Part shown: positions 28,592 to 37,882 of the stretch, piece by piece | Layout of the letters: every line of letters begins with the position of its first letter | How positions within the stretch are numbered: position 1 is the stretch's first letter | Source: a virus | Taxonomy: Duplodnaviria > Caudoviricetes | IMG/VR virus record: IMGVR_UViG_3300044656_000252 | Coordinates: 12,232-76,231 of that record | Length of the DNA stretch: 64,000 nt | Reading direction: 5' to 3' (one strand) | Program-made: the position numbers and the translations under genes | The notes under the pieces: generated by a model | Databases searched by the model: none | Told to the model about the DNA's origin: nothing | Seen by the model: the letters and a program-made list of their open reading frames with translations, nothing else

Positions 28592-28849
28592 GTGACATGG
28601 CCTACGCCGACCCAGCTGATTCGACAGCGCCGTAGACCGAGGCGCGTCTACTACGGCCGACCGTACTGGTCACGCGCCTGGTTCTGGTGGACTGGCGCGT
28701 TCATGTTCGTGCTGATGTTCTGGTTCGTCGCCTTCTCGGTGTGGCTCGTGTACGCAATGGTGTGGGCGATGGTCGAGGGTGTCCGCTGGATCGCGACACG
28801 GCCGGGCAGCAACTCGCGGGGGCGGCAGGTGGAGGGGGAGAGCCAGTGA
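28592..28849 (+). CDS. Small membrane protein
   Basis: GAAGGAG RBS; Trp-rich TM segment. Confidence 0.6.
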   Translation: MTWPTPTQLIRQRRRPRRVYYGRPYWSRAWFWWTGAFMFVLMFWFVAFSVWLVYAMVWAMVEGVRWIATRPGSNSRGRQVEGESQ

Positions 28850-29271
28850 AGAGGATCATCCCGGTGGCCGCGGTGGTGTTCGCGGTGGCGAGCACGGGCG
28901 TGGCGTTCGCGGTAGCGGCGAGCGTGCCGGCACCGCAGCAGGTGTCGCGGCCGACGCCGGCCGGGCTCGTGCCGCAGACCTACGTTACGACCACGACCGC
29001 GCCGACGACGACCACACGTCCGGCGGCGCCGAGCAGCACGACGAGCACGAGCCGCGCCGGCGCGGTGCAGCCCAACGCAGTCCCGGCCGCACCAACGGAC
29101 CCCACCACGACCACCACGCAGCTGCCGGTGGCGTGCGCGTACCCGCCGGCCGCTCCCGAGCCGCCGGACCCGCAGCATCCGTCCGCGCCGCGGCGGACGC
29201 CCGCGCCGACGCCGACGGTGACTGCCGTGTTCCCGCCGGACACGTGCCCGCCGTACGTGGCTTTCCCGTGA
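28846..29271 (+). CDS. Secreted Pro/Thr-rich protein
   Basis: Signal-peptide-like VKRIIPVAAVVFAVAS; P/T-rich body; two Cys. Confidence 0.55.
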   Translation: MKRIIPVAAVVFAVASTGVAFAVAASVPAPQQVSRPTPAGLVPQTYVTTTTAPTTTTRPAAPSSTTSTSRAGAVQPNAVPAAPTDPTTTTTQLPVACAYPPAAPEPPDPQHPSAPRRTPAPTPTVTAVFPPDTCPPYVAFP

Positions 29272-29367
29272 GGTAGCTTGATCGGGCCGGGCTCTGGAAC
29301 GCACAGTGGGCGCACTGCCATCCCGGCTCCACTTCCCTGGGCCGTTACGCCTCAGCCGAGCACAGGG

Positions 29368-29403
29368 CGAAGCCCCACCGTTCCAGCGGTGGGGCTTCGT
29401 TGT
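29368..29403. terminator. Hairpin between converging genes
   Basis: CGAAGCCCCACCG-TTCCAG-CGGTGGGGCTTCG then TTGT. Confidence 0.75.
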
Positions 29404-29411
29404 ATCTGGGG

Positions 29412-29585
29412 TCAGTTGTCGGCTGGCCGGAGGCCGTCCGCCGCTGTCAGGCCGAGCATGGCGAGCAACTCGCGGCACTCGTCGGCGTCGTCCGCTTCGG
29501 TGGCGATCCGCCGCGCCGCTGCCCGCCGTTGCTCCGCCGTCAGGTCCGGCTCGTCGCTGCCGCTGTGCCGGATGTGGGTGAGCAT
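29412..29585 (-). CDS. Small hypothetical protein
   Basis: MLTHIRH...DADECRELLAMLGL. Confidence 0.55.
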   Translation of the reverse strand: MLTHIRHSGSDEPDLTAEQRRAAARRIATEADDADECRELLAMLGLTAADGLRPADN

Positions 29586-29611
29586 CCGGCCCCGTTCGTG
29601 GCTGTCCGGGC

Positions 29612-29848
29612 TCACCGTCGCCTCCGGGGTCCTTGCCGGCCGGGCATCTGCGCCTCGATCTCGGCGGTGCGCTTCCGGAGCCAGCGCGCGGCGGATTCCC
29701 ATCCGGCGGCTTCCAGTTCGCGCGCCACGTCCTTGCGCGTCTGGATGGCGGCCTCGCTGAAGTAGCGGGCGGCGATCGCGGTGACGGCGGCCTGGAACCG
29801 GGGGTCGGAGGGGTCGACTCTGTCGTCCTCGGATGGTGACGCGCTCAT
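29612..29848 (-). CDS. Hypothetical protein (78 aa)
   Basis: AGGAGAG RBS upstream on the - strand. Confidence 0.55.
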   Translation of the reverse strand: MSASPSEDDRVDPSDPRFQAAVTAIAARYFSEAAIQTRKDVARELEAAGWESAARWLRKRTAEIEAQMPGRQGPRRRR

Positions 29849-30115
29849 GCACTCTCCTGGCGTAGCGGCGGTTGGCGGGGAGAGTACGTGTGGTTGGCGC
29901 GGTCGGGTGATTTTCGTCTCGGGCGTGTCGGCGTGCCGGGTGATCGTTTCTCACATTCGGCGGCTGCCGCTCCGGCCTATTCCGAATGCGTTCGCTTTCA
30001 CGCGGAATCATACGGTCATAATGCGGCCGCCAAGGTCAACATTGCGATCAGGTCACTGCCTTTGCATCGTGATATCACTCTTGTATCAAAGTGAAACAAG
30101 CTGCTCTACTACCCC

Positions 30116-30493
30116 ATGCCGCACGACCAGCAACACCTCGCCCGCATCGTCGACCAGCTCGCCGGAGGAGACATGGCCCCGACACAGCTCGCCGAGCTGC
30201 CCGACGACCAGCTCGCCGCCGTCGGACGGATAGCGGCGCAACGACGCGAAACCGATCAGGACGTGGTCGGACAGGTCGCCGCCGAGTTCAACCAGAACCG
30301 CGGCCGGCCGTGGCGGGAAATCGCCGCCCTGCTCGAGCAGGAATCGCACGCGACCATCTACCGCTGGGCGCGCCCGTTCCTTGCGTCCCCAGACTCAGTG
30401 TCAACGGCAGGTTCACAACCAGTGAACCCCACGGCATCTCAGCCCCATCTACTCGAACCCAAGATCGAGCACCTACCGCTGGGGAGCGACTGA
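30116..30493 (+). CDS. Putative HTH DNA-binding protein
   Basis: GRPWREIAALLEQESHATIYRW. Confidence 0.6.
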   Translation: MPHDQQHLARIVDQLAGGDMAPTQLAELPDDQLAAVGRIAAQRRETDQDVVGQVAAEFNQNRGRPWREIAALLEQESHATIYRWARPFLASPDSVSTAGSQPVNPTASQPHLLEPKIEHLPLGSD

Positions 30494-30495
30494 CC

Positions 30496-31302
30496 ATGAA
30501 AATCACTGGTGACGCCGAGCGCACCCTCGCCGTCATCTCGATCGGCGTGTGGGGTGTCGCGCTCGTCGTCATGGCCGTATCCGCCACGACGGCGGCCGAC
30601 CTGTTCCGGCTGCACAGCGCGAACTGGACGCAGGGCCTGGCGCTCGGGCTGGCCATCGACGCGGCGCTCGCGGTGGCGCTGGTCGGCGACAAGGCGCTCG
30701 CCCAGCTCGGCCTCTCGTCGCGCTGGGGCACCGCGCTGCGGTGGGCGGCGACGGTGATGTCGTTGGTGCTGAACTGCTCGGCCGCGTGGCTGGCCGGCGA
30801 CGCATTGGGCGTGACGCTGCACGCGATCCCGCCAGCACTGTTGATCGTCCTCACCGAGGCCGCGCAGTCGTACCGGACCGCGCTGGCCGAGCATCACATG
30901 AAGATCGCCGCCGAGCAGGAGCGGCTCGCCGCCGCTGCACGCCAGAAGGCGGAGCAGGAGGCACAGGCCCAGCGCGAGCAGGAGAAGCGGCAGCGGGACG
31001 AGGCTGCTGCAGCGCGCCGGCGGGAGCGCGAGGCCACTGCGGCGCCGTCGAAGCCGCTGGTGCTGGTGAAACCGACTGTCGGGCTCGACGTGCCGGAGGA
31101 CGCGTCACTGAAGGACAAGGCCCGCGCATGGTTCATGCGAGAGGCGTTCAAGACCGACCGACACTGGGAGTCCATCTCGGCCGTCGAGTGCGACCGGGCG
31201 GTCGGCGCTTCCGAGGGCATGAGCAAGAAGCACATCAAGGGCTGGCGTGCCGAAGTCGCCGCTGCCATGGGCAACTCCGGCACCGCCGCGGCCGGGAACT
31301 GA
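30496..31302 (+). CDS. DUF2637/SpdA-like membrane protein
   Basis: 4 TM helices (LAIDAA..ALV; SLVLNC..AW; HAIPPALL..LTE), coiled coil, possible C-terminal HTH. Confidence 0.75.
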   Translation: MKITGDAERTLAVISIGVWGVALVVMAVSATTAADLFRLHSANWTQGLALGLAIDAALAVALVGDKALAQLGLSSRWGTALRWAATVMSLVLNCSAAWLAGDALGVTLHAIPPALLIVLTEAAQSYRTALAEHHMKIAAEQERLAAAARQKAEQEAQAQREQEKRQRDEAAAARRREREATAAPSKPLVLVKPTVGLDVPEDASLKDKARAWFMREAFKTDRHWESISAVECDRAVGASEGMSKKHIKGWRAEVAAAMGNSGTAAAGN

Positions 31303-31313
31303 AGGGAAAGAAC

Positions 31314-31514
31314 ATGAACGTCTACCTGGTGTGCGCGATCCTCGGCGTGCTCGCCGTCGTCGCCTTCGGCCGCGGCTGGACCAAGTCCGGCTTCGCCGCG
31401 CTCGTCCTGTTCGGCGTGATGCTCGCGACCACCGCCATCGGCCCGAACCTCCAACACGGCGTGTCCACCGGCGTGGACAGCGCCATCGCCACCGTCAAGT
31501 CGTTCTTCAGCTGA
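31314..31514 (+). CDS. Small 2-TM protein (Spd-like by position)
   Basis: 66 aa, hydrophobic; GGGAAAG RBS. Confidence 0.6.
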   Translation: MNVYLVCAILGVLAVVAFGRGWTKSGFAALVLFGVMLATTAIGPNLQHGVSTGVDSAIATVKSFFS

Positions 31515-31533
31515 CCATCCGAGGAGTCCCGCC

Positions 31534-31803
31534 ATGATCACCACCACCGAGCAGGCCGTCGCGTTCTGGGCGGCCGAGGCCGCCAAGGTCGACCGACTCA
31601 TCACCGACCTCGACGACCTGATGCCCGCCACCCACAACGGCGAGACGCCGTTCACCGAGCAGACCCGCGAGGACGTCGAGGGCGCGCTGTTCCAGGCCCG
31701 CCTCGCCGCGGACACCGTGCTCGGTGCCTACACGCGCGTGCTGCACCAGGAGCGGGCGAACCCGCCGCAGCCGTCCGGCCCGTACAGCCAGCCGCGTTAC
31801 TGA
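31534..31803 (+). CDS. Hypothetical protein
   Basis: GAGGAG RBS; ORF track. Confidence 0.65.
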   Translation: MITTTEQAVAFWAAEAAKVDRLITDLDDLMPATHNGETPFTEQTREDVEGALFQARLAADTVLGAYTRVLHQERANPPQPSGPYSQPRY

Positions 31804-31827
31804 TCCGGTGAAGGAAGGAGTCCCCCG

Positions 31828-33165
31828 GTGGTTACCGTCGCGCCCGAGCAGCCGCAGCGGGAGAGGTGGATCTCTCCCCATGCGCTGCTGGGCGCTACCA
31901 GCGCGGGGAGCGCCGGCATGACGACGGCTGGGCTGATCGCGGGACCGACAGGTGTCGTGGTGGTGACGGCGGCGGGCGCGTTGACCGCTGGCGGGATCGC
32001 GGCGGTGCGCAGGTTCGCGCCGGGCGCGGCGGAGAAGCTGGGGCTGCGGAAGCCGGACAAGAAGGCCGACAAGAAGTCGGACGGCAAGTCCAAGGCGAAC
32101 GGCCCCGGCAAGGGCCTCGGGGGCAGGGGCGGTCTCGGTCGTCTCGGCCTGCTGGGTGCCGGCGGTCGCAAGAAGGGCGCCGGTGACGGTGGCGGCCGGA
32201 AGCGTGGCGGCGGCCTGCTGGGGATGGCCCGCAACATCGCCGGCAAGGGAGCCGGCCTGGCCAAGCGGGGCGCGAACGCCGCAGCGAAGAAGGGCGCTGG
32301 CCTGCTTGGCGGCAAGGACCCGACTCGCAGGAATGCCCGCGGCCGTAACGGGTCTGGGCCGGCCGGCGGGAAGCAGCGTGGTGTCGGTGGCCCGACCGGT
32401 CGTGGTCGTGGGGCCGGTAGCGGCCCGGGGCGCGGCAAAGGCCCCGGCGGCAAGAGCAACAGCGGCAAGGATCGGAGCAGCGGCCGCGGCTTGGGGGGCC
32501 GGCTCGGCCGCACCGCCGCAAGCCTTGTCGGCTGGGGCGCGCGCCGCTTGTTCGGCCTGAAGCGTCCCTCCGACACCAACTCCGCATCGACGGGGCATGG
32601 CGGAGGGAAGCCGAAGGACAGGAAGAAGCGCACCAAGGGCTCGGGGCTGCTCGGTGGCCGGGGCGCGGAGCGCATGCCGGACAGCGCGAGGCCCAAGGAC
32701 CGCAAGGGCAAGAAGGACAAGAGCCGCACGAAGAACGTTCCGCCGGGCCGCGGGCCGCGGCGGGAGGTCACAGCAGGACAGCCGGACCGGAGTGGCCGGC
32801 GCGCACATGGAGGAACGACGATGCCCGATCCGTTCGCGAGTCGCCGCGAGGCGATCTCGGGGGCCGCACCGCTGGAGATCAACAAGGCTGGTGACGTCGC
32901 CGACTACGTCAAGCACGCCCCCGACTACGCCGAAGCGCAGGCCCGCGGGTGGCTGCGTGACGCCGACACGATCGTCGAGAAGGTGAACCTGAACCCGGAC
33001 TTCACCGACGCCCTGAAGGGGTTCGCGAACACGCAGCTGGCCGCCGTCCAGGCGGTGCGTGAGTACGGGGCCGTGTTCGAGCGCAGCCACGCCGAGAAGC
33101 TGCGGCGGACGCGCGACCGGGACCCGCGTGAGGCCATGTGGGACGTCGACCGTCACCGCGACTGA
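31828..33165 (+). CDS. TraA-like protein: TM, long G/K/R-rich linker, helical C-terminal domain
   Basis: Directly upstream of traB; C-terminus FERSHAE...PREAMWDV resembles actinomycete plasmid proteins found before TraB. Confidence 0.55.
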   Translation: MVTVAPEQPQRERWISPHALLGATSAGSAGMTTAGLIAGPTGVVVVTAAGALTAGGIAAVRRFAPGAAEKLGLRKPDKKADKKSDGKSKANGPGKGLGGRGGLGRLGLLGAGGRKKGAGDGGGRKRGGGLLGMARNIAGKGAGLAKRGANAAAKKGAGLLGGKDPTRRNARGRNGSGPAGGKQRGVGGPTGRGRGAGSGPGRGKGPGGKSNSGKDRSSGRGLGGRLGRTAASLVGWGARRLFGLKRPSDTNSASTGHGGGKPKDRKKRTKGSGLLGGRGAERMPDSARPKDRKGKKDKSRTKNVPPGRGPRREVTAGQPDRSGRRAHGGTTMPDPFASRREAISGAAPLEINKAGDVADYVKHAPDYAEAQARGWLRDADTIVEKVNLNPDFTDALKGFANTQLAAVQAVREYGAVFERSHAEKLRRTRDRDPREAMWDVDRHRD

Positions 33166-33187
33166 CCGATCCGAGACGAGGACGACC

Positions 33188-35674
33188 ATGACCGCGCCAG
33201 CCACCCAGGATGCGCCGCCGACTGACGAGAAGCCGGCCAAGGCCAAGAAGCAGAAGCCCGAGGCGACCCCGCCGAAGCGCGGTCTCGGTGACGCGCTGCG
33301 CGAGTTCGAGCCGGACTTGCGCTGGTTCCTGCCGGCGGTCGCCGCCTGCCAGGCGTACACGCTGGCGGCGATTCCGGTGTGGACCGGGCTGCCGTCCTGG
33401 GTGCTCGTCGCGCCCGGCGTGGCATCGACGGCGGCGGGTGTGTGGCTGGCCCGGCACTTCTACAAGGCCGTCGAGTACGGGCACGAGCAGCGGCGCGCGG
33501 CGCAGGCCATCGCGGTCGGCGCCGGCGTGCTGATGACCGCGTGGATGGTGTTCGCCGGCAGCGGGAACCCGCTGCGGCCGGTGGCGCTTGGCGCGCTGCT
33601 GCTGGTGGCGTTGGTGTGCGGGGCAGCGTTCGGCGCCCTGCACACCCGGGCCCCGTCGGTGAAGGCCGAGGTCGAGGCCAAGCGCACCGAGGTCATCGAG
33701 GCCAACTCGGAGCGCGTGGCCGAGGTCGAGCTGGCCAAGACCCGGGACGAGTGGCAGGAGATCGCCGACCAGGCCCGACCCGGGTGCGGCATCACCGTCG
33801 TCGGCCGGGCGGACCAGCCGGGTGGCTTCTACGTCGACTTCGCTGACAACCCCACCAAGCCGATCAAGTGGGTGGGATTCTGCGACATGGTCGGCTCGAT
33901 GCTGTCGATCGCCTCGGCGCGACTGGCGCCGTCCGGGATCGTCCTGTCTGAAGGCGACCTGAGCCCGGAGCAGCCGGAGGGTATGCCGGCGCACCTGTTT
34001 CGGCTGCACGTGTTCACGTCGAACGAGTTCGCCCAGAGCCTGCCGTACCCGATGGACCGGCCGGTCGGCACGATCGTCGAGCCGCGGATCATCGGCCGCT
34101 ACAAGGACATGTCGCCGCTGGGGGTGTGCCTGTGCGGCAACCACGGCGTGATGTGCGCCGGCACCGGCGGCGGGAAGACGGTGTGCGCGAACTGCCTGAT
34201 CGCCGGGGTGCTCGAGTGTGGCGACGCCGAGGTGTGGATGGGTGGCACGTCGAAGCTGACGCCGTTGGCCTACCCGTGGCTGCTGCCGTGGCTGCTGGGT
34301 CGCACCACCCGACCGGTGATCCAGTACGTGTCGGGTGAGGACCCGCGCAGCGTCACCGAGATGCTCGCTGAGCTGTACCGGGAGGCGAAGCGCCGCAACT
34401 CGAAGCTGGGCCGCCGGTCGAAGCACGCGCCGTCGAAGGACGAGCCCGCGCTGGTGTGCTTCATCGAGGAAGCGTCCGACCTGCTGATGAACCACAGCGA
34501 GGTGCGGGTCCCCACGTTCGACGGGCACAGTTGGAACGCCTCGCAGATCTTGAACGCGATCGCGCAGATCGCCCGCGCCGCGAGCATCTCGATCTTCCTG
34601 CTGACCCAGTTCGGGATCATGGACGCGCTGGGCACCCACGGGTCGCTGATGCGCCGCAACCTGACGATCCGAATCTGCGGCCGCACCTACACCTACAGCG
34701 ATGGCCGGGACATCCTGACCGCGATCAGCGCACCTGACACGACCAAGCTGAAGGACAACACGCTGCTGGTGCAGCCCGCGATGGAGGAGCCGCGGGTGAT
34801 GGCGGCGAAGGCGTACTTCCTGGACGGGGCGGAGACGATCGGCCCGGTCGCCGAGAAGTACACAGCACGCCGCACGGAATGGGAACCGCCGCTGGCTGGT
34901 GACGCTTTCCGCGAGCGGTGGAGCGCGCTGCGGCTGCCCGAGTTGGCCGCTATCGCAGCGGATGAGGGTCTATCGTGGCCCGGAAGTGTGCACACAGGGT
35001 CACGAGCCGCGGAGGTAATTGATCAGCCGGCGCTGCCGGTCGCGGCTCCCGATAAGGGGAGCGACACCATGTCGGATGATGTGAAGGCGATGCTGAGCGA
35101 TGCGCAGGCCCAGATGGATGTGGCGATCGAGTCGGCCCGCAAATACGGCCCGCTCGGCCCGCTGATGGGCGAAGTCTTCAACAAGGTGAATGCCGAGAAC
35201 GCTCCCGAGTTCATTCCCGCCGGACAGCTCGCGTACGGCCTGGGGCGTGTCCTCAAGGACGGGGACTGGGACACGGCGGGGGACACCCTGGCCGGGGAGC
35301 TGGCGGGGAAGCCGTGGTACCTGTCCCCGACCCGTCAGGAGGGGACGTTGGGGTGGCCGCGGGACCTGATCCTGGGGACGATCCGCGCGTTCCTCGAGGG
35401 ACGCCCTGTCCCCGGCGAGGGGACGACCGAGGGGACGGACCTGTCGGCTGGGGAGACCTTGGGGGTCTTGGTGCGGGAGCTGGCCGGGGACGACCGCGAG
35501 TTCGTCACCGCGGTCGACGCCGCCGCCATGGTCGGGATGAGCGCGGCGGCGTTGCAGCGGATGCTCGAGGGCGAGCCGTTCAGGCTGCCGATGCAGCGAC
35601 CCCGCACGGTCACGGATGGTGAGCGGCCGCGTGGCTGGTTCGTGGCGGATCTGCGCCGCGCTGCTGGCATGTGA
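33188..35674 (+). CDS. traB: TraB-type FtsK/SpoIIIE conjugative DNA translocase
   Basis: 4 N-terminal TM helices; Walker A AGTGGGKT; Walker B variant VCFIEEAS; R...ISIFLLTQ; C-terminal wHTH-like segment. Confidence 0.85.
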   Translation: MTAPATQDAPPTDEKPAKAKKQKPEATPPKRGLGDALREFEPDLRWFLPAVAACQAYTLAAIPVWTGLPSWVLVAPGVASTAAGVWLARHFYKAVEYGHEQRRAAQAIAVGAGVLMTAWMVFAGSGNPLRPVALGALLLVALVCGAAFGALHTRAPSVKAEVEAKRTEVIEANSERVAEVELAKTRDEWQEIADQARPGCGITVVGRADQPGGFYVDFADNPTKPIKWVGFCDMVGSMLSIASARLAPSGIVLSEGDLSPEQPEGMPAHLFRLHVFTSNEFAQSLPYPMDRPVGTIVEPRIIGRYKDMSPLGVCLCGNHGVMCAGTGGGKTVCANCLIAGVLECGDAEVWMGGTSKLTPLAYPWLLPWLLGRTTRPVIQYVSGEDPRSVTEMLAELYREAKRRNSKLGRRSKHAPSKDEPALVCFIEEASDLLMNHSEVRVPTFDGHSWNASQILNAIAQIARAASISIFLLTQFGIMDALGTHGSLMRRNLTIRICGRTYTYSDGRDILTAISAPDTTKLKDNTLLVQPAMEEPRVMAAKAYFLDGAETIGPVAEKYTARRTEWEPPLAGDAFRERWSALRLPELAAIAADEGLSWPGSVHTGSRAAEVIDQPALPVAAPDKGSDTMSDDVKAMLSDAQAQMDVAIESARKYGPLGPLMGEVFNKVNAENAPEFIPAGQLAYGLGRVLKDGDWDTAGDTLAGELAGKPWYLSPTRQEGTLGWPRDLILGTIRAFLEGRPVPGEGTTEGTDLSAGETLGVLVRELAGDDREFVTAVDAAAMVGMSAAALQRMLEGEPFRLPMQRPRTVTDGERPRGWFVADLRRAAGM

Positions 35675-35724
35675 GTCGTGCCGCGGGTGCCCTCCGGTCG
35701 TGCTCGGCTGGAGGGCATCGCTGT

Positions 35725-35972
35725 GTGGACCACCGCGTGGACCGGGCGTGGGCCGGCGTGGTCGTCGGCGTGGACCGGGTGTGGACCACCGGTCGGTGTG
35801 GACCAGCCGGTCCATGGCCGGTGACCTGGGATGGTCCACGTTGTCAACGATGTCACGCGAGTGGTCCACGTGGACCAGCAGGACAGGTGCCGCAAATACC
35901 TGACCTGCGGAAACAGTCGCAACACCCCCTGTGTCGGGTGGTCCACGCAAACAGGCGTGGACCGTGTGGACC
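35725..35972. repeat. GTGGACC repeat array, putative clt/TraB recognition locus
   Basis: 8 forward copies (35725, 35737, 35770, 35781, 35798, 35870, 35957, 35966) and 3 reverse copies (35833, 35863, 35940) directly after traB. Confidence 0.8.
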
Positions 35973-35993
35973 ACAAGCGAGGAGCACACGCTG

Positions 35994-36749
35994 ATGATGG
36001 GCCGAACGCACGCGTTGTCCGGGTGGTGCGCGGGGCTACTGGTGGCTCCGTTGCTCGGCGCGGCCAGCCCGGCGCAGTCACTGTTAGTGGCGGCGACGGT
36101 GGCCGGCTGGAGTCTGGCGCCGGACCTGGATCACCCGGGCGCGGTGGCGACGCGGTGGGGCGGCTGGGTGACGGGCTGGTTGTCGCTGGCGCTGCGGGAG
36201 CTGTCGGCAGTGGCGTTCGAGGCGACGCGGACTCCCCGGGATCGGGACAGCGAGGGGACGCACCGGCACCTCAGCCACACCTTCGTGTTCGCCGCGGTGG
36301 TCGGCGGGGTCACCGCGCTGGGGACTGCCCTGTCCCCTTGGTGGGGAGTGCTGCTCCCCGTGACGGTGGGGACTCTGCTGGCCGGGAGGTCCCTGGGGAG
36401 GTGGGTGCTGGGGGCGGGGGCTGTCCCCGTGGTGTGGGGACTCCTGGCGGGTGGGGACGAGCTGTCCCCCGTGCGCGGCTGGATCGGCGTGGCGGTCGCT
36501 CTTGGGTGTGTGGTGCACATCTTGGGGGATGCTCTGACGCGTGCGGGTGTGCCGTTCTTGTGGCCGCTGCCTATTCGTGGCCAGCGGTGGTTCCGGATAG
36601 CCACTCCGTATGGCCTGCGCTTTCGTGCTGGTGGTGGTGCTGAGCGTCTGCTGGTCTTTCCGTTGTTCGTTGTCTTGGGTGTTGCTCTCTTTCCGGGTGT
36701 TCTGTCGGTCGCTGTCGGTGTGGTGACCGGTGCGATAGGGGCTCGTTAG
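35994..36749 (+). CDS. YdjM/YbcI-family membrane metal-dependent hydrolase
   Basis: MMGRTH, APDLDHPG, HRHLSHT, HILGDALT..GVPFLWP. Confidence 0.88.
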   Translation: MMGRTHALSGWCAGLLVAPLLGAASPAQSLLVAATVAGWSLAPDLDHPGAVATRWGGWVTGWLSLALRELSAVAFEATRTPRDRDSEGTHRHLSHTFVFAAVVGGVTALGTALSPWWGVLLPVTVGTLLAGRSLGRWVLGAGAVPVVWGLLAGGDELSPVRGWIGVAVALGCVVHILGDALTRAGVPFLWPLPIRGQRWFRIATPYGLRFRAGGGAERLLVFPLFVVLGVALFPGVLSVAVGVVTGAIGAR

Positions 36750-36804
36750 CCGCGCACCGTCAAAGCCTTTTGTTGCTCCATTCGTGTGGCGTCGGACTCA
36801 GGTC

Positions 36805-36834
36805 TTGCGCTAGGCACCCATGGGTGCCTAGAGT
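36805..36834 (+). promoter_or_regulatory. Promoter with a 22-bp perfect palindrome
   Basis: -35 TTGCGC, 18-bp spacer, -10 TAGAGT; palindrome CTAGGCACCCATGGGTGCCTAG at 36810-36831. Confidence 0.7.
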
Positions 36835-36878
36835 AGTTCGTGTCAGGCCACAGAGAACCAGCCACCAAGGAGACCGAG

Positions 36879-37229
36879 ATGAGCAAGTTCCGGGGCGACT
36901 ACCAGGACACCGACAACGGCGAGCTGGCCGACCTGATCGGCGACGAGCCGGGACAGCCCGGAATGGTGCGAGTCCGCTTCTTCGACGGCAGCGAGGACAT
37001 CATGCCGAAGGCCATGTTCGAGTGGCAGTTCGAGTACTCGCCGGTCGAGGATGACGACGACGAGTGGACCGACGAGGACGAGGCGCGTGTGCAGGCGTGG
37101 CGCGACCGGGAGGCCCGGAAGGCGGCCGAGGTCCAGGAGCGCATCCACCGCGAGTGGTTCGCCCGCTACGGCAAGCACTACCCCTGCTGCGACTGCACCT
37201 GGATGCCTGCGGAGCTGGCGGCGGCCTGA
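36879..37229 (+). CDS. Hypothetical protein
   Basis: AAGGAG RBS; downstream of the palindromic promoter. Confidence 0.65.
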   Translation: MSKFRGDYQDTDNGELADLIGDEPGQPGMVRVRFFDGSEDIMPKAMFEWQFEYSPVEDDDDEWTDEDEARVQAWRDREARKAAEVQERIHREWFARYGKHYPCCDCTWMPAELAAA

Positions 37230-37280
37230 CGGCGAGGGGCCCGGTATCGGGCCCCTTCCCTCCCAGCAGGAGAGACGATC

Positions 37281-37628
37281 ATGACCGACAAGCACGAGCC
37301 GACCGCCTTCGACGAGGTGCTGGCCTGGTTGGACACGCTGCCGCCGATCCAGCGTGCCAGGTGGCTGGGCGCGCTGCTGGACACCCGGAACGCGAGGGGG
37401 CTCACCGCTGTCCGCGTGGACGCCATCTACGAGGAGACCAGGAGGCGCACGTACGACGAGGTTGCGGCTGAGCTGGGCGTGTCGCGGTCGGCGGTGCGGA
37501 ATGCCGTGAAGGCTCACAACGAGCGGCTGACGGTGGCCGGCGAGCATGGGCTGGCGTCTTGGCCTGACGCTACTGAATCGACACAGAACATCGCGGCGCG
37601 AGGCGCCCAACGTGAGGAGCAGCAGTGA
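37281..37628 (+). CDS. HTH DNA-binding protein
   Basis: RTYDEVAAELGVSRSAVRNAV. Confidence 0.75.
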   Translation: MTDKHEPTAFDEVLAWLDTLPPIQRARWLGALLDTRNARGLTAVRVDAIYEETRRRTYDEVAAELGVSRSAVRNAVKAHNERLTVAGEHGLASWPDATESTQNIAARGAQREEQQ

Positions 37629-37831
37629 AGGTGCCGACTGACGAGGAGCTGGCCAGCGCGCGGGTGTTCGTGCAGCGGGAGGGCGTGCAGGTGCCGATCG
37701 ACGCCGACTGGTACGTGCTCACCGACGGCCGGGTGCTGGTCCGGCATCGGGCGACGGGCGGCTGGGAGCCGTCACTGTTCGACGCCGCCGCGGTCACGGC
37801 AGACGGCGGGGACTGGGTACTGAAGCCGTAG
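37625..37831 (+). CDS. Hypothetical protein
   Basis: GTGA overlap. Confidence 0.55.
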   Translation: MKVPTDEELASARVFVQREGVQVPIDADWYVLTDGRVLVRHRATGGWEPSLFDAAAVTADGGDWVLKP

Positions 37832-37882
37832 ACAACTGGTGCGCTGCGCCCCTGACCTTGCGGGTCGGGGGCGTTACCGTAT

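Noticed and set aside
3120-34639. Long antisense or off-frame ORFs (3120..4763, 5348..6637, 20461..22500, 31507..33360, 33002..34639 and others)
   Set aside because: Shadow ORFs of high-GC codon bias opposite well-supported genes; Arg/Ala/Gly-rich and without motifs
35675-35990. CRISPR array or protein-coding repeat
   Set aside because: Repeats are 7 bp, irregularly spaced and in both orientations; no cas genes; overlapping ORFs lack RBS and codon bias
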